From an uncultured Acidobacteriota bacterium (lineage in GTDB: Bacteria; Acidobacteriota; Thermoanaerobaculia; Gp7-AA8), in NCBI GenBank assembly GCA_963741955.1, contig CAVUKB010000001.1:288001-352000 (forward strand): DNA of 64,000 nucleotides, in the 5' to 3' direction. The notes below the pieces were generated by a model that saw only the letters and a list, made by a program, of their open reading frames with translations, was not told the DNA's origin and did not search any database. A program made the translations under genes and the position numbers. This document shows, piece by piece, positions 9,728 through 20,104 of this stretch. Every line of letters starts with the position of its first letter. The stretch's first letter is position 1.

Positions 9728-10231
9728 TCAGTGCTCGAGCATGACCAGCGACTTGTTCAGTGCCTTCTCGATCTGCGCTTCAGCTTCCGGTTCGGTGATT
9801 CCGCGGACGATTGCGATCTCGGATACGAGCAGATACTTTGCGCGCTCGTACATCTTTTTCTCGCGGAACGAAAGGCTCTTTCGCTTGGAGATCTGATTGA
9901 GGTTCTTCAGGACCAGGGCGACGTCCTCGAGTTTTCCGCTCTTCATCTTCTCGAGATTTTCACGATACCTGTCTTTCCAGTCCGAGGGTCCCTTCTGTGC
10001 GGTTTCTTCGAGGAGCCCGAAGAGAACCTTGATCTGTTTCTGCATGTACAGGCGCCGCAGTCCGATTCGATCGGTGTTCGAGATCGGGACCATCAGCTTG
10101 GAGTCGTTGGCGAGGAGACGAAGATGGAGAAAGGTGTTTCTGGTGCCGTTCAGGTTGAATTCGCCAATCTGCTCGACGACCGAGACACCATGGTTCGGAT
10201 AGACAACTTTATCGCCGATTTTGTATGTCAA
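9728..10231 (-). CDS. carD: CarD family RNAP-binding transcription regulator
   Basis: YKIGDKVVYPNHGV, GLR, DWKDRYRENLEKMKSG, LVSEIA; TTG start; TGCTAGAAT extended -10 upstream. Confidence 0.92.
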   Translation of the reverse strand: MTYKIGDKVVYPNHGVSVVEQIGEFNLNGTRNTFLHLRLLANDSKLMVPISNTDRIGLRRLYMQKQIKVLFGLLEETAQKGPSDWKDRYRENLEKMKSGKLEDVALVLKNLNQISKRKSLSFREKKMYERAKYLLVSEIAIVRGITEPEAEAQIEKALNKSLVMLEH

Positions 10232-10466
10232 GGGAGACTCCTTCTACTCAGGTTTTTCCGATCAACCACTCAAGAGGGTCGAGAGCGAGGGCTCTGAAGG
10301 GATGTTCCGCGATGCGTGGAGGCACGGCGGAGAGCCCGCTCGACAGATGGGTCATTCTAGCACAGAATGGCCGTTTTGCAGCCGTTTCCGGTGTCGAACG
10401 AGTGAATAAGGGGCGTCTTTCGACGCCTCGACCCCGGTCGGATCACAATTGGGCGCTCGGGCCCGT

Positions 10467-11429
10467 TCATTCTTCGTGCGGACGAAGGCGCCGGATCAAC
10501 TGATGCAGCCGGTCGAGCCCGTCTCGACGTTCCCCCTCGGATCCGGTCAGCAGGTCTTCGATGTGCTGGAGCTCGAGATAGATCTCCACTGTGGGCATCG
10601 GCTGGAGCTCATCCGGGAGAGCGTTTCCGCGGTCGCCGCTCGTCTGCGGAGGAGTTCCAACCGCCGGTGGCACGGCGAGTTGCGGCGGGAGCCCGGCTTT
10701 TCCTTCCAGGGACGTCACAAGCGATTGTGACAGTGATCGGATGGCCGCCGCGTCTCCGCGGTCGATCGCATGATCCAGCATCTTCGTGGTCTGCACGTCT
10801 TCATAAAACGGGCTGGACGGCTCGTCGACGAGCTCCGCCCGAACCAGCGAGAGGACCAGGGTCGACGGCCCGCCCGATCCCTTTTCCACGCGCGCGTATG
10901 TGGTCGCCTTCGCATGGGCTGCGACGGCAGGAAAGGGAATGCTCTTCGTCTCTCCTGCTCCGAGCCACACACCGATCTGGATCGTCTGGACCCTTTTCTC
11001 GCCGCCGACCGGCGTGTACTCGAGCTCGACGTGGTCGAGCCACGTCCGGCGGTTGTGTATGAACAGGAGCCGTCGCGCCGGAAGCTCCGCGCGGAGCTCG
11101 TACACCAGGTCGCCCTCGATGGTGCTTTTCGCCAGCCGGTCCGCCGGGATGTCGTCGGGGATGGTGAACGAATCGGAGACCTGGCCCTGAGGTTCCCTCC
11201 GGTAACTCGCCCACTGGTAGCTTCCCTCGGAGCGCTCGCCGCGAAGGATCGCGAGGTCCTGAGCGACGATGCGCTGCAGGATGTCCTTCGGCAGATTGCG
11301 TCCGCTGACCTCGAGAATCCGGAGAATCGTCTTCGCGTCGTCGCGGACCTGGCTGGTGTTCGCGGTTTCGATGGCCGGAAGCGACGCGGCACAGAGAGTG
11401 ATGGCGATGAATCCGATGAACTTCTTCAT
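10467..11429 (-). CDS. Hypothetical secreted protein
   Basis: MKKFIGFIAITLCAA signal peptide; overlaps the deoB stop (ATGA). Confidence 0.75.
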   Translation of the reverse strand: MKKFIGFIAITLCAASLPAIETANTSQVRDDAKTILRILEVSGRNLPKDILQRIVAQDLAILRGERSEGSYQWASYRREPQGQVSDSFTIPDDIPADRLAKSTIEGDLVYELRAELPARRLLFIHNRRTWLDHVELEYTPVGGEKRVQTIQIGVWLGAGETKSIPFPAVAAHAKATTYARVEKGSGGPSTLVLSLVRAELVDEPSSPFYEDVQTTKMLDHAIDRGDAAAIRSLSQSLVTSLEGKAGLPPQLAVPPAVGTPPQTSGDRGNALPDELQPMPTVEIYLELQHIEDLLTGSEGERRDGLDRLHQLIRRLRPHEE

Positions 11430-12607
11430 GTGCGATCTCCCACGACTCGCCCGAGGACGCTCTCGCCGAGCAGGTCGCTGCAGTCGATACCGAGATGTGC
11501 ACAGACCGATGCCCCGAGGTCTGCGAATGTCGGACGCGTTCCGATCTCGGAGCCGCCGCGGACGGCCGGTCCTGCGATGAGCAGAGGGACGTATTCGCGT
11601 GTGTGATCGGTCGAGACGTCGGTGGGATCGCATCCATGGTCGGCGGTGATGAAGAGGAGATCTCCTTCGCGCAGCGACTCCAGCACCGGCCGGATCTCGT
11701 CGTCGAACGTCTCCAGGGCACGGCCGTAGCCGTGAACGTCATTGCGGTGACCGTACTTCGAGTCGAAGTCGACCAGGTTGGTGAAGATCAGGCTCGCCTC
11801 CGATTCGAGGACCAGCGAGAGGGTTTTCGCCATCCCGTCGGAGTTGGACTCGGAGCGGATCTCGTCGTCGATGCCCACCCGGTCGAAGATGTCGGCGATC
11901 TTTCCCACCGCGGCGACCCGCCTCCCGGACTGGTGTACGCGCTCGACCACCGTCGGCCCGGTCGGGGTGACCGAGAGGTCTCTCCGGTTCGCAGTCCGTT
12001 TGAACGCACCGCGGTGGGGTCCGACGAAAGGGCGGGCGATGATCCGCCCGATGTTGTGCTCTCCCCGCATGATCTCCCGGGCGATCCCGCAGATGCGCCA
12101 GAGCTCTTCCGGCGGGATCACCTCTTCGTGCGCGGCGACCTGGAAAACCGAATCCGCCGAGGTGTAGACGATCGGCGATCCGCTGCGCATGTGCTCTTCG
12201 CCGAGCTCGTCCAGGATCACCGTTCCTGAAGCCGTCCTGTTGCCCAGCGTCTTCCGGCCGATGCGTGACTCGAACTCAAGGATGATCTCCTCGGGAAAAC
12301 CGTCCGGATAGGTGCGGAACGGCTCGGTGACGAGGAGCCCCATCATCTCCCAATGCCCGGTCGTGGTGTCTTTACCTGCCGAACGCTCGGCCATCCGGCC
12401 GAACGCGGCGACGGGAGCGACGGAGCTGGCCGGCGCGGGAAGGGTATGCAGGAGGCCGAGCTGCTCGAGATTCGGAAGGGAAGGGCGAGCCTGTTCGAGG
12501 ATGTGCCCGAGAGTATTGGAGCCGCGATCTCCGTACTCGGCTGCGTCGGGGAGCTCGCCGACACCGAGGGAATCGCAGACGATGACGATGGCGCGGTTGC
12601 GGTTCAT
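11426..12607 (-). CDS. deoB: Phosphopentomutase
   Basis: DSLGVGELPDA, GKDTTTGHWE, YTSADSVFQ, DSKYGHRND, TADHGCDP, DHTREYVP. Confidence 0.97.
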   Translation of the reverse strand: MNRNRAIVIVCDSLGVGELPDAAEYGDRGSNTLGHILEQARPSLPNLEQLGLLHTLPAPASSVAPVAAFGRMAERSAGKDTTTGHWEMMGLLVTEPFRTYPDGFPEEIILEFESRIGRKTLGNRTASGTVILDELGEEHMRSGSPIVYTSADSVFQVAAHEEVIPPEELWRICGIAREIMRGEHNIGRIIARPFVGPHRGAFKRTANRRDLSVTPTGPTVVERVHQSGRRVAAVGKIADIFDRVGIDDEIRSESNSDGMAKTLSLVLESEASLIFTNLVDFDSKYGHRNDVHGYGRALETFDDEIRPVLESLREGDLLFITADHGCDPTDVSTDHTREYVPLLIAGPAVRGGSEIGTRPTFADLGASVCAHLGIDCSDLLGESVLGRVVGDRT

Positions 12608-12609
12608 GT

Positions 12610-13929
12610 TCACCTCGAACGGATGGTTTCGTGAATCAGGGGGCGTTTCGCGGGTGGTGCGTCGGTGATCTGGACGAACGAGAGGAAGCGTGTCCGGAGC
12701 TCGTGCTCGTCCCGTCCTTCGCGACCGATGAGGAGCCGCGCGATCGGCTCGCCGGTCCGGACCGCGTCTCCCGGCTTCCTGTCGAACATGATACCCGCGG
12801 CGGGATCGATCTCGTCGTTCTGCTGCTTTCGGCCCGCGCCGAGGTCGACTCCGAACATTCCGGCAGCGTAGGTGTCGATCTTCGCCACGAAACCGTCGCG
12901 AGGAGCACGGATCTCGATGACTTTCTTCGGCTGGGCGAGCCGTTCGGGGTGGTCGACGATCTCCGGGTCGCCTCCCTGCGCCGCGATCCACTTTCGAGCA
13001 TGCTCGAGTGCGGCGCCGGACGAGAGAACCTCCTCGATCTTCGCGTTCGCCGTCTCGGGAGTGAACTGACCGCTCATCACCAGGATGCGTGCGGCCTGGG
13101 CGCGGGTGAGGGCGGCGGAGTCGGCCGGACCGCCGCCGCTGAGGATCTCGAACGACTCGGCGACCTCATTGGCATTTCCTGCGGCGACGCCGAGTGGTGC
13201 ATCCATGTCGGTGATCATCGCCTCGACGCTGGTGGCGGCCCCTTTCGCCGCGCCGACCAGGCTCAAGGCGAGCGCGCGACTGGCGTCGTATTCACGCATG
13301 AACGCGCCGCTGCCGGTCTTCACGTCGAGAAGGAGTGCGGATGCTCCCATGGCGAGCTTCTTGGACATGATCGACGCGGTGATCAGGGCGAGAGACTCGA
13401 CGGTGCCGGTCACGTCACGAAGGGCGTACATCTTCCGGTCGGCAGGGGCGATCCGGTCGGTGGAGGTGGCGATCGCGCAGCCCACCTCGTCGAGGCACTG
13501 CTCGAGCTCCTCCCGCGAAAGGCGCGCGTTGAATCCGGGAATCGCGTCGAGCTTGTCCAGCGTTCCGCCGGTGTGTCCGAGGCCCCGGCCGGAGAGCATG
13601 GCGATCTTCACGCCGCACGCGGCGACGAGGGGAGAAAGTGGGATCGAGATCTTGTCTCCCACTCCTCCGGTCGAGTGTTTGTCGGCGATGAAGTCGTATT
13701 TCTTGTGGAGCTCCCACTGCTCTCCGGAAGCGATCATGGCCCGGGTGAGCGTGGCGGTCTCTTTCGAGCTCATGCCTTGTATGGCGATGGCCATCAGGAG
13801 TGACGCCATCTGGTAGTCGGGAATGGCCCCGGCGGCATAGCGCGAGACGAAGAACTGAATGTCCGAATCGGGGAGCTGCTCGCCTCGGCGCTTACGGTTG
13901 AGAACCTCGTAGGGTGAGAAGTCGGTCAT
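12610..13929 (-). CDS. pdp: Pyrimidine-nucleoside/thymidine phosphorylase
   Basis: [42 protein letters not shown]. Confidence 0.95.
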   Translation of the reverse strand: MTDFSPYEVLNRKRRGEQLPDSDIQFFVSRYAAGAIPDYQMASLLMAIAIQGMSSKETATLTRAMIASGEQWELHKKYDFIADKHSTGGVGDKISIPLSPLVAACGVKIAMLSGRGLGHTGGTLDKLDAIPGFNARLSREELEQCLDEVGCAIATSTDRIAPADRKMYALRDVTGTVESLALITASIMSKKLAMGASALLLDVKTGSGAFMREYDASRALALSLVGAAKGAATSVEAMITDMDAPLGVAAGNANEVAESFEILSGGGPADSAALTRAQAARILVMSGQFTPETANAKIEEVLSSGAALEHARKWIAAQGGDPEIVDHPERLAQPKKVIEIRAPRDGFVAKIDTYAAGMFGVDLGAGRKQQNDEIDPAAGIMFDRKPGDAVRTGEPIARLLIGREGRDEHELRTRFLSFVQITDAPPAKRPLIHETIRSR

Positions 13930-13992
13930 GTCCGCGGTATTGTAGACGACGGCGATAGAGCAGCGGGGGCGGGGTTGCAGAAGAGACGACGA

Positions 13993-14715
13993 ATGCAGAA
14001 GTCAGAATCCGGGACGAAGAGCAAAGGAGAGAGCGAGGCGGCGCGTTCCGCGGTCGTTCTGGTGAGCGGGGGGCTCGATTCGGCGACCGTCCTGGCGATC
14101 GCGAAGAGCGAAGGGAGGCGGATTCACGCCCTCTCGTTCGATTACGGTCAACGGCACCGGATCGAGCTCGAGGCGTGCCGTCGCGTCTGCGAGAGGTCCG
14201 GAGTCGATGAGCATCGAATCGTCGTCGTCGACTTCCGCCCCTTCGGCGGGAGCGCGCTGACCGATTCGATCGACGTCCCCCGCGACGCGCTCGGGGATGC
14301 AGGCATTCCGGTGACCTACGTTCCGGCGAGGAACACCGTCTTCCTCGCGATGGCGCTGGCGTTCGCCGAGCCGCGCGGAGCCGCGGAGATCTGGATCGGG
14401 GTGAATGCCCTCGATTACAGCGGCTATCCGGACTGCCGGCCCGAGTTCATCGACGCATTCCAGGAAGTGATCTTCACCGGAACGAAGAGCGGAGTCGAAC
14501 GGCGGGAGCCGAGACTCGTCGCTCCTCTGCTCCGGATGACCAAGAAAGAGATCATCGAGACCGGTCTCCGGCTCGGGGTCGATTATTCGATCACGCATTC
14601 GTGTTACGACCCGGACGAGGGAGGGCTCGCGTGCGGCCATTGCGACTCCTGCCTCCTGCGGAAGAAAGGATTCGAAGAGGCGGGAGTGGCTGACCCGACC
14701 CGGTACCAGCGATGA
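13993..14715 (+). CDS. queC: 7-cyano-7-deazaguanine synthase
   Basis: [39 protein letters not shown]. Confidence 0.97.
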   Translation: MQKSESGTKSKGESEAARSAVVLVSGGLDSATVLAIAKSEGRRIHALSFDYGQRHRIELEACRRVCERSGVDEHRIVVVDFRPFGGSALTDSIDVPRDALGDAGIPVTYVPARNTVFLAMALAFAEPRGAAEIWIGVNALDYSGYPDCRPEFIDAFQEVIFTGTKSGVERREPRLVAPLLRMTKKEIIETGLRLGVDYSITHSCYDPDEGGLACGHCDSCLLRKKGFEEAGVADPTRYQR

Positions 14716-15347
14716 TCCGTATCACGGAGATCTTCCATTCCATCCAGGGCGAATCGACCCACGCCGGGCGCCGGTGCACGTTCGTGCGTCTCGCCGGCTG
14801 CAATCTCCGGTGCCGCTGGTGCGATTCGGAGTACACCTTCACCGGCGGCGAGAAGATGTCGCTCGACGACATCATGGCGAGAGTGGGGGAGTGGCACTGC
14901 GGGTTGGTCGAGGTCACGGGAGGTGAGCCGCTGGCCCAGCGGGAATCGCTCGATCTGATCCGGCGCCTCTGCGATGACGGCTACGAAGTGCTGATCGAGA
15001 CGTCCGGGTCGATCGACATCACTCCGGTGGATCGTCGTGCAAGGATCATCCTCGACGTGAAATGCCCCGGGTCGGGCGAATCGGAGAAGAATCTCTGGGA
15101 GAACCTCGATCATCTCCGCGATCACGACGAGGTCAAGTTCGTTCTCGCAGATCGCAAGGACTACGAGTGGGCGAGAGAGTCGCTCTCCCGGCGAGGGCTC
15201 GCCGGCCGCACGATTCTCTTCTCGCCGGTCTGGGGGGAGCTCGATCTCCGGAGCCTCGCCGGATGGATTCTCGAGGACCGCATCCCGGTACGCCTCCAGT
15301 CGCAGCTCCACAAACAAATCTGGGGAGGAGAGGCGAGAGGGGTGTGA
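14712..15347 (+). CDS. queE: 7-carboxy-7-deazaguanine synthase (radical SAM)
   Basis: [31 protein letters not shown]; overlaps queC. Confidence 0.95.
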   Translation: MIRITEIFHSIQGESTHAGRRCTFVRLAGCNLRCRWCDSEYTFTGGEKMSLDDIMARVGEWHCGLVEVTGGEPLAQRESLDLIRRLCDDGYEVLIETSGSIDITPVDRRARIILDVKCPGSGESEKNLWENLDHLRDHDEVKFVLADRKDYEWARESLSRRGLAGRTILFSPVWGELDLRSLAGWILEDRIPVRLQSQLHKQIWGGEARGV

Positions 15348-15358
15348 AAGCATCGAGG

Positions 15359-15496
15359 ATCTGTTATCTGCTATCTGGTATCTGATATTGGAGATCTGCC
15401 GCGCAATGCCGGATCGCGCCAGATCCCAGATCCCAGATCCCAGATCCCAGATCCCAGATCCCAGATAACAGATAACAGATAACAGATGTGAGATGC
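15359..15496. repeat. Heptamer array D with inverted arms: (ATCTGNN)x6, 19-nt spacer, (CAGATCC)x6(CAGATAA)x3
   Basis: Left-arm TTATCTG is the reverse complement of right-arm CAGATAA. Confidence 0.95.
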
Positions 15497-15519
15497 TTCT
15501 TTTGCTAGACTGCGCGATC

Positions 15520-15933
15520 ATGAAACCGACCCTCGATCACATCGGAATCGCCGTCAGGTCGATCGAGGACGCTTCGATCTGGAAGGATCTGGGTCTGACC
15601 ATCGATCACGTCGAGACGGTGGAGAGCCAGAAGGTGACCACGGCGTTCATTCGCGTCGGTGACGCGAACCTCGAGCTCCTGGAGCCGACCGGCCCCGACT
15701 CCACCGTGGCCGGCTTCATCGAAAAGAGAGGCGAAGGGATCCATCACATCTGCCTTCGGGTCGACGACATCGAACTGGAGCTCGAGAAGCTTCAGGCGAA
15801 GGGATATCGTCTGATCAACCCCGACCCGGTCCCCGGTGCGCACGGATGCCGTGTCGCATTCCTTCATCCGGCGGCCGGCCACGGGGTGCTGATCGAACTG
15901 AGTGAGATTGCGAAGCAGGACCATCATGATTGA
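15520..15933 (+). CDS. mce: Methylmalonyl-CoA epimerase (VOC family)
   Basis: LDHIGIAV, LELLEP, GEGIHHIC, GAHG..VAFLHP..GVLIEL. Confidence 0.9.
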   Translation: MKPTLDHIGIAVRSIEDASIWKDLGLTIDHVETVESQKVTTAFIRVGDANLELLEPTGPDSTVAGFIEKRGEGIHHICLRVDDIELELEKLQAKGYRLINPDPVPGAHGCRVAFLHPAAGHGVLIELSEIAKQDHHD

Positions 15934-16267
15934 AGGCTTTACCGAATCGGCGATCGTGATCGTGAACCTCGTCAACCCGCGCGAGAAGTTCTGGGGAAAG
16001 CTTCTCTCGATGAGTCCCGTCGGGGTGACCCTGCGAGGGATCAACCTCGACACGTTCGACGACTGGATGCGCCAGATCCGCCGCGCCGAGCCGGGGGAGC
16101 AGACCCTCGACCTCGCGACGATGTTCGTTCCGATCTCACGCGTCGAACGAATCTTTCTCGACGAGCCGGTCGGGACCGTCCGTTCCTTTTCACAACAGTT
16201 CGAGCAGGTCACCGGGATGTCGCCGCTCGAATACCTCGGAGACATTCCTCCATCGAAGGAGATGTGA
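15926..16267 (+). CDS. Small hypothetical protein, possible Sm/LSm-like fold
   Basis: Overlaps mce; VIVNLVNPREKFWGKL and MFVPISRVERI segments. Confidence 0.7.
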   Translation: MIEGFTESAIVIVNLVNPREKFWGKLLSMSPVGVTLRGINLDTFDDWMRQIRRAEPGEQTLDLATMFVPISRVERIFLDEPVGTVRSFSQQFEQVTGMSPLEYLGDIPPSKEM

Positions 16268-16830
16268 TGCGCCGGATGCTTCCCCTGCTTCTCGTCCTTC
16301 TCGCGTCATTTCCAATCGCGTGCAACCGGGAGAAGCTCGTTCCTCTCAGCGAATACGAAGTGACGGACGTCGAAGCGAAGGCGTACAACTTCAACGTCTT
16401 TCCCGGCGCACACTTCCTCGAGCCGCAGACCCAGCTTCTGCGCAAGGCGCATTTCGTCCTTCATCCGAAGGCGAAGGAGGCTCCTCCGATGGCGATGTAC
16501 GACACGGAGAAGCCGATCGAGGAAGTCGCCGAGTACTACGCGAACCTTTACGGCTACCAGTTGCTGCAACCGAACGAAGCGAAAAAGGCGAAGGAAAAGC
16601 CGCAGGCCTACTACAGCGAAGGGAGTCTCAGGACCGACGCCCAGGCACTCATTCCGCTTCTCCCGAAGCTCGGCTTGAGCGCCGACGTGAGCGGCGCCAC
16701 GGGAGGATACAAGGGTGTCTATGTCGCTCCCACCGAGAAGTATCCACGGGTGACTCTCCAGCGTCCCTATTACGACGTCCTGAGCAACACGACGGTCGAC
16801 AAGACCCTGATCATCCTCGTGCGGGAGTAG
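16267..16830 (+). CDS. Hypothetical lipoprotein
   Basis: MRR plus hydrophobic stretch plus IAC lipobox-like motif; TGATG coupling to the upstream gene. Confidence 0.75.
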   Translation: MRRMLPLLLVLLASFPIACNREKLVPLSEYEVTDVEAKAYNFNVFPGAHFLEPQTQLLRKAHFVLHPKAKEAPPMAMYDTEKPIEEVAEYYANLYGYQLLQPNEAKKAKEKPQAYYSEGSLRTDAQALIPLLPKLGLSADVSGATGGYKGVYVAPTEKYPRVTLQRPYYDVLSNTTVDKTLIILVRE

Positions 16831-16832
16831 CG

Positions 16833-17624
16833 ATGGCCGCGGCTCGATCGGCGGTCGTGATCGGACTCGGGCTGATCGGAGGATCGATCGGGATGGCACT
16901 TCGCCGCTCCGGCTGGCGGGTCGCCTACGTCGATCCCCGGGTCGAAGAGGATGATGCGAGGCTCGCGGGAGCCGCGGACTTCCGGCTGAATGATTCAGCA
17001 GGATCGGACGCCTCGGTGATCATTCTTGCGACGCCCGTCGATGTCGCTCTCGAGATTCTCGATCGCATCGAACCTGGCCCCTCCGTCGTCACCACGGTTT
17101 GCAGCGTGATGTTCCCTCTCGGCCGGAAGGCCGCCGCGCGCGGGCTGCCGTTCGTGGCCGGCCACCCGCTGGCCGGATCCCATGAGAGCTCTCTCGCTGC
17201 TGCAGACGGAGAGCTGTTTCGCGGAAAGAAGTGGTTTCTGGATCGCGAAGGAACGAGTGAGGTCGTCGATGCCCTCGTCGCGGCGTGCGGCGCCGTCGCG
17301 GTCCGCGTCGATCCGGTGGAGCACGACCGCGCGATTGCCCTCACCAGTCACCTCCCGCAGCTCGTCTCGACGGCGCTCGCCTCGTTGATCGAGCGGGAAG
17401 GCGACCGGCTCGACCCGTTCATCGGAACCGGGCTGCGCACGCTGCTTCGCCTCGCGGGAAGCAGTCACGGCGTGTGGGCCCCGGTGCTGGAGGCGAACCG
17501 GGAGGAGATCGAGCGTGCCGCTTCACTCCTGGAGGAGACGATGCGGGAGATGCTCGACGAGGGAAGCGAAGAGGAGTTCGCCGCCGCGCAGAAGCTCTTC
17601 GCGAAGCTCCAGACTCGAGGCTAG
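16833..17624 (+). CDS. tyrA: Prephenate/arogenate dehydrogenase
   Basis: GLGLIGGS, GHPLAGS, EHDRAIALTSHLPQ, RLAGS. Confidence 0.88.
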   Translation: MAAARSAVVIGLGLIGGSIGMALRRSGWRVAYVDPRVEEDDARLAGAADFRLNDSAGSDASVIILATPVDVALEILDRIEPGPSVVTTVCSVMFPLGRKAAARGLPFVAGHPLAGSHESSLAAADGELFRGKKWFLDREGTSEVVDALVAACGAVAVRVDPVEHDRAIALTSHLPQLVSTALASLIEREGDRLDPFIGTGLRTLLRLAGSSHGVWAPVLEANREEIERAASLLEETMREMLDEGSEEEFAAAQKLFAKLQTRG

Positions 17625-17678
17625 AGGCTCGAGGGGCGAGGCTGGAGGCTCGGGGCTGGAACCCCGAGTCTCTCCTAG
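17610..17678. repeat. Heptamer array E (GAGGCTN-like) between convergent stop codons
   Basis: About 9 in-register units: GAGGCTA, GAGGCTC, GAGGGGC, GAGGCTG and others. Confidence 0.85.
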
Positions 17679-20068
17679 ACCAGCGCGACGCTTCCCGTCT
17701 TCGTGCTCCTTTTCTTCGCCACCAGCGCGTCGACGTACTTCCGGATCGCCTTGAACTGTGCCTCACCCGAGAGTCCCGCTTCCGCGATGACTTTCTCGCC
17801 GGCTCCGCTGCCGGGGTAATGACCGCTCTGGTACGGATGGAGCGTGCTCGAGCGACCGAGATCGCTTCGGATCCAGCGATACATCGTCGGAAGCGTGAAG
17901 CCGGTGATGCCCATCGCGAGCTGAGCCCGTTCTTCCGGGAAGATGCGCTGCTGGACCGCCGTCGGAAGGAGGTCGAACAGCTCGGCGCTGGCCACGTAGT
18001 AGACGTTCAGGTCGATGCCCGCTTTCTCGAGAAGAGGAAGAGCATTGCGGACGAATTCGTAAGTGACACCCGATTCCTGGAGAACGATGGTGCCGTCTCC
18101 TTCACCGTCCGCTTCGCGCAGGAGATAGACGCCGTCGACCGCGGCCGATGCCGGTGCGAGGCCGAGCGCCTCACGGTCGAGAACCATTTCGTTGGGGCGG
18201 GTGACGAACGGTGCGATGACCGCGGGACGCCGTGCGAGTGCGGTCCTGACCAGATACCAGATCTCCTGCGGTTCCCACGGGGTGAGAGTGATCATCGTGC
18301 CGCGCGGGAAGTTTTCCTGCAGCAGTTGAAGCGGCTGCGGGTCGGCATGGGTCGGACCATCTTCTCCCGTCTTCAGTCCTGCATGGGCGCAGACGAGGAA
18401 GTACGGGTTGTAGGGCGACGGGCTTATGCTCTGCTTTCCCTGCTGCCCGATCGCGTGAAGTCTCGAGGCGATGTGACCGAGCGGTGCGATGAACGCACCG
18501 TAGGAGGAGCCGACGCCGATGTGGCGCCCGAATGCCGAGAGTCCGGTGAGGATGCCGGTCATCGCGTCTTCGCAGATGCCGCCGATCGAGAGGATGCGCG
18601 CGCCGGCGTTGGTCCGTGCGTTGTAGTAGCCGTCGGGGAATCCGACTGCGATCTCGATCACGCTGGTCGACCCGAGGAGGTCCGCGGCTCCGATCAGCAG
18701 CGAGCCGTCGCTCTTCCGGTTGTAGTGATTGAGGACGCGACCGAGCTGGCTGCGGAGAGTGATCGCGGTGCCGATCCGGAGCGCGAGCTCCTCCGGAGGC
18801 TGCTCCGGATTGTTCGCCGGGCCGTAGAGAGCCTCGACCGTCGGCGCATCGACTCGCGGTTTCCGCTTCTTCGCGATCAGCCTGGTGCGCGCTTGATTCG
18901 TGCGCGTCGCGAGGAGATCGGTCATGTCGGAGTTCTTCTCGAGGACGTTCCGAACCACCTGCAGCGAGTTCCAGAAGCACTGCTCGACTTGTTCGCCGTA
19001 CGAGCCTCCGTTGCAGCGGGTGTTCGGAATCTCGCACTGGTCGACGGTCATTCCTTCCGATTCGAGGAGCGGCCCGATCGCCTGCATGTAGCCCGGCGAG
19101 CAGAGTTTGTGGCCTGCACCGTGGGATGCTTTCCCTTCGATTCCGTACTGCCACCCCTTGGTGGTGCGGTAGACGATCGCGGTCGGCTGATCGTTTCCGA
19201 GCGTGCCGACCATCCGCTGCGCGGCGACCACCTGCTGGAAGTCCTTTCCGTCCGGAACGAAGATCACGTTCCAGTCGTGCAGGTAGAAGAGCTCCATCGG
19301 ATTCCACTGGACGTAGTCGCCCGCCATCTCCCCTTCCCGGGTGACGCGGTTCGAGTCGATCGAGGCCTGGTTCCAATCGAGATGCACCACCGCGTTCGAG
19401 AGAGATGCCGTTCCGGCGAACGCCAGAGCTTCGGCGACCCGGCCGGGAGTGAGTCCTCCCTCGCCTTCGATGATGTGCACCTTCGGAGCGTGCTTCCCGT
19501 AGTAGTCGGCCGCCCCGAGCGCGAGACCGAGCGACGACGCGAAACCGACGCCCGATGCACCGGTCGAGAGCCGGACGAACGGCGTGGCCGGGGTCGGGTG
19601 TCCATCGAGCGCCTTCGATCGCAGCTGCCGGAAGAGGGGCGTGTCATTGGTCGGATTGCGACGGAAGCCGAGAAGATCTTCCAGCCGGAGCTGCAGCTTC
19701 TCGTCGGTCGGAAGGAGTGCGGGAGCGCCGATCCGGACCACTTCGTTGCGGAGTGCCCACATCGCGTACAGGCCGAGCGCTTTGTGTCCCGCGGCGTACG
19801 AGATCATGTCCGCGTCATCGCGATCGGGATCGGAAAAGTCGTAGTCGAGCCGGTCGAAAAGGACGGACGCGACGAGCCTCCCCGAGGAGATCGATCCGCC
19901 CGGATGCCCCGAACCGGGAACGAAGTTGTACATCATCGCGCAGAGCGATCGATAGACGAGATCGAACTTCTCGAAAAGCGCGAGCTCGCTGCTGCTCAGC
20001 GGAGGCTCGATCGTTTCACGGGAGAGATCGATGAAGACTGCACGGCGTTTTCCGAACTCGAGAGACAT
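17675..20068 (-). CDS. Transketolase-family ThDP enzyme, atypical motifs
   Basis: SGHPGGS, GHPT, STGASGVG, GEDGPTH; ThDP motif reads GEGG..PG..DWN; GAAGGAG SD. Confidence 0.85.
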   Translation of the reverse strand: MSLEFGKRRAVFIDLSRETIEPPLSSSELALFEKFDLVYRSLCAMMYNFVPGSGHPGGSISSGRLVASVLFDRLDYDFSDPDRDDADMISYAAGHKALGLYAMWALRNEVVRIGAPALLPTDEKLQLRLEDLLGFRRNPTNDTPLFRQLRSKALDGHPTPATPFVRLSTGASGVGFASSLGLALGAADYYGKHAPKVHIIEGEGGLTPGRVAEALAFAGTASLSNAVVHLDWNQASIDSNRVTREGEMAGDYVQWNPMELFYLHDWNVIFVPDGKDFQQVVAAQRMVGTLGNDQPTAIVYRTTKGWQYGIEGKASHGAGHKLCSPGYMQAIGPLLESEGMTVDQCEIPNTRCNGGSYGEQVEQCFWNSLQVVRNVLEKNSDMTDLLATRTNQARTRLIAKKRKPRVDAPTVEALYGPANNPEQPPEELALRIGTAITLRSQLGRVLNHYNRKSDGSLLIGAADLLGSTSVIEIAVGFPDGYYNARTNAGARILSIGGICEDAMTGILTGLSAFGRHIGVGSSYGAFIAPLGHIASRLHAIGQQGKQSISPSPYNPYFLVCAHAGLKTGEDGPTHADPQPLQLLQENFPRGTMITLTPWEPQEIWYLVRTALARRPAVIAPFVTRPNEMVLDREALGLAPASAAVDGVYLLREADGEGDGTIVLQESGVTYEFVRNALPLLEKAGIDLNVYYVASAELFDLLPTAVQQRIFPEERAQLAMGITGFTLPTMYRWIRSDLGRSSTLHPYQSGHYPGSGAGEKVIAEAGLSGEAQFKAIRKYVDALVAKKRSTKTGSVALV

Positions 20069-20104
20069 GTTCACTCCTTCCGGTTTGAACGGATCGTTTG
20101 CGCG

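Noticed and set aside
13993-15347. queC-queE as a DNA deazaguanine-modification (dpd) defence island
   Set aside because: No dpdA/tgt paralogue or other dpd genes are present; consistent with ordinary queuosine synthesis
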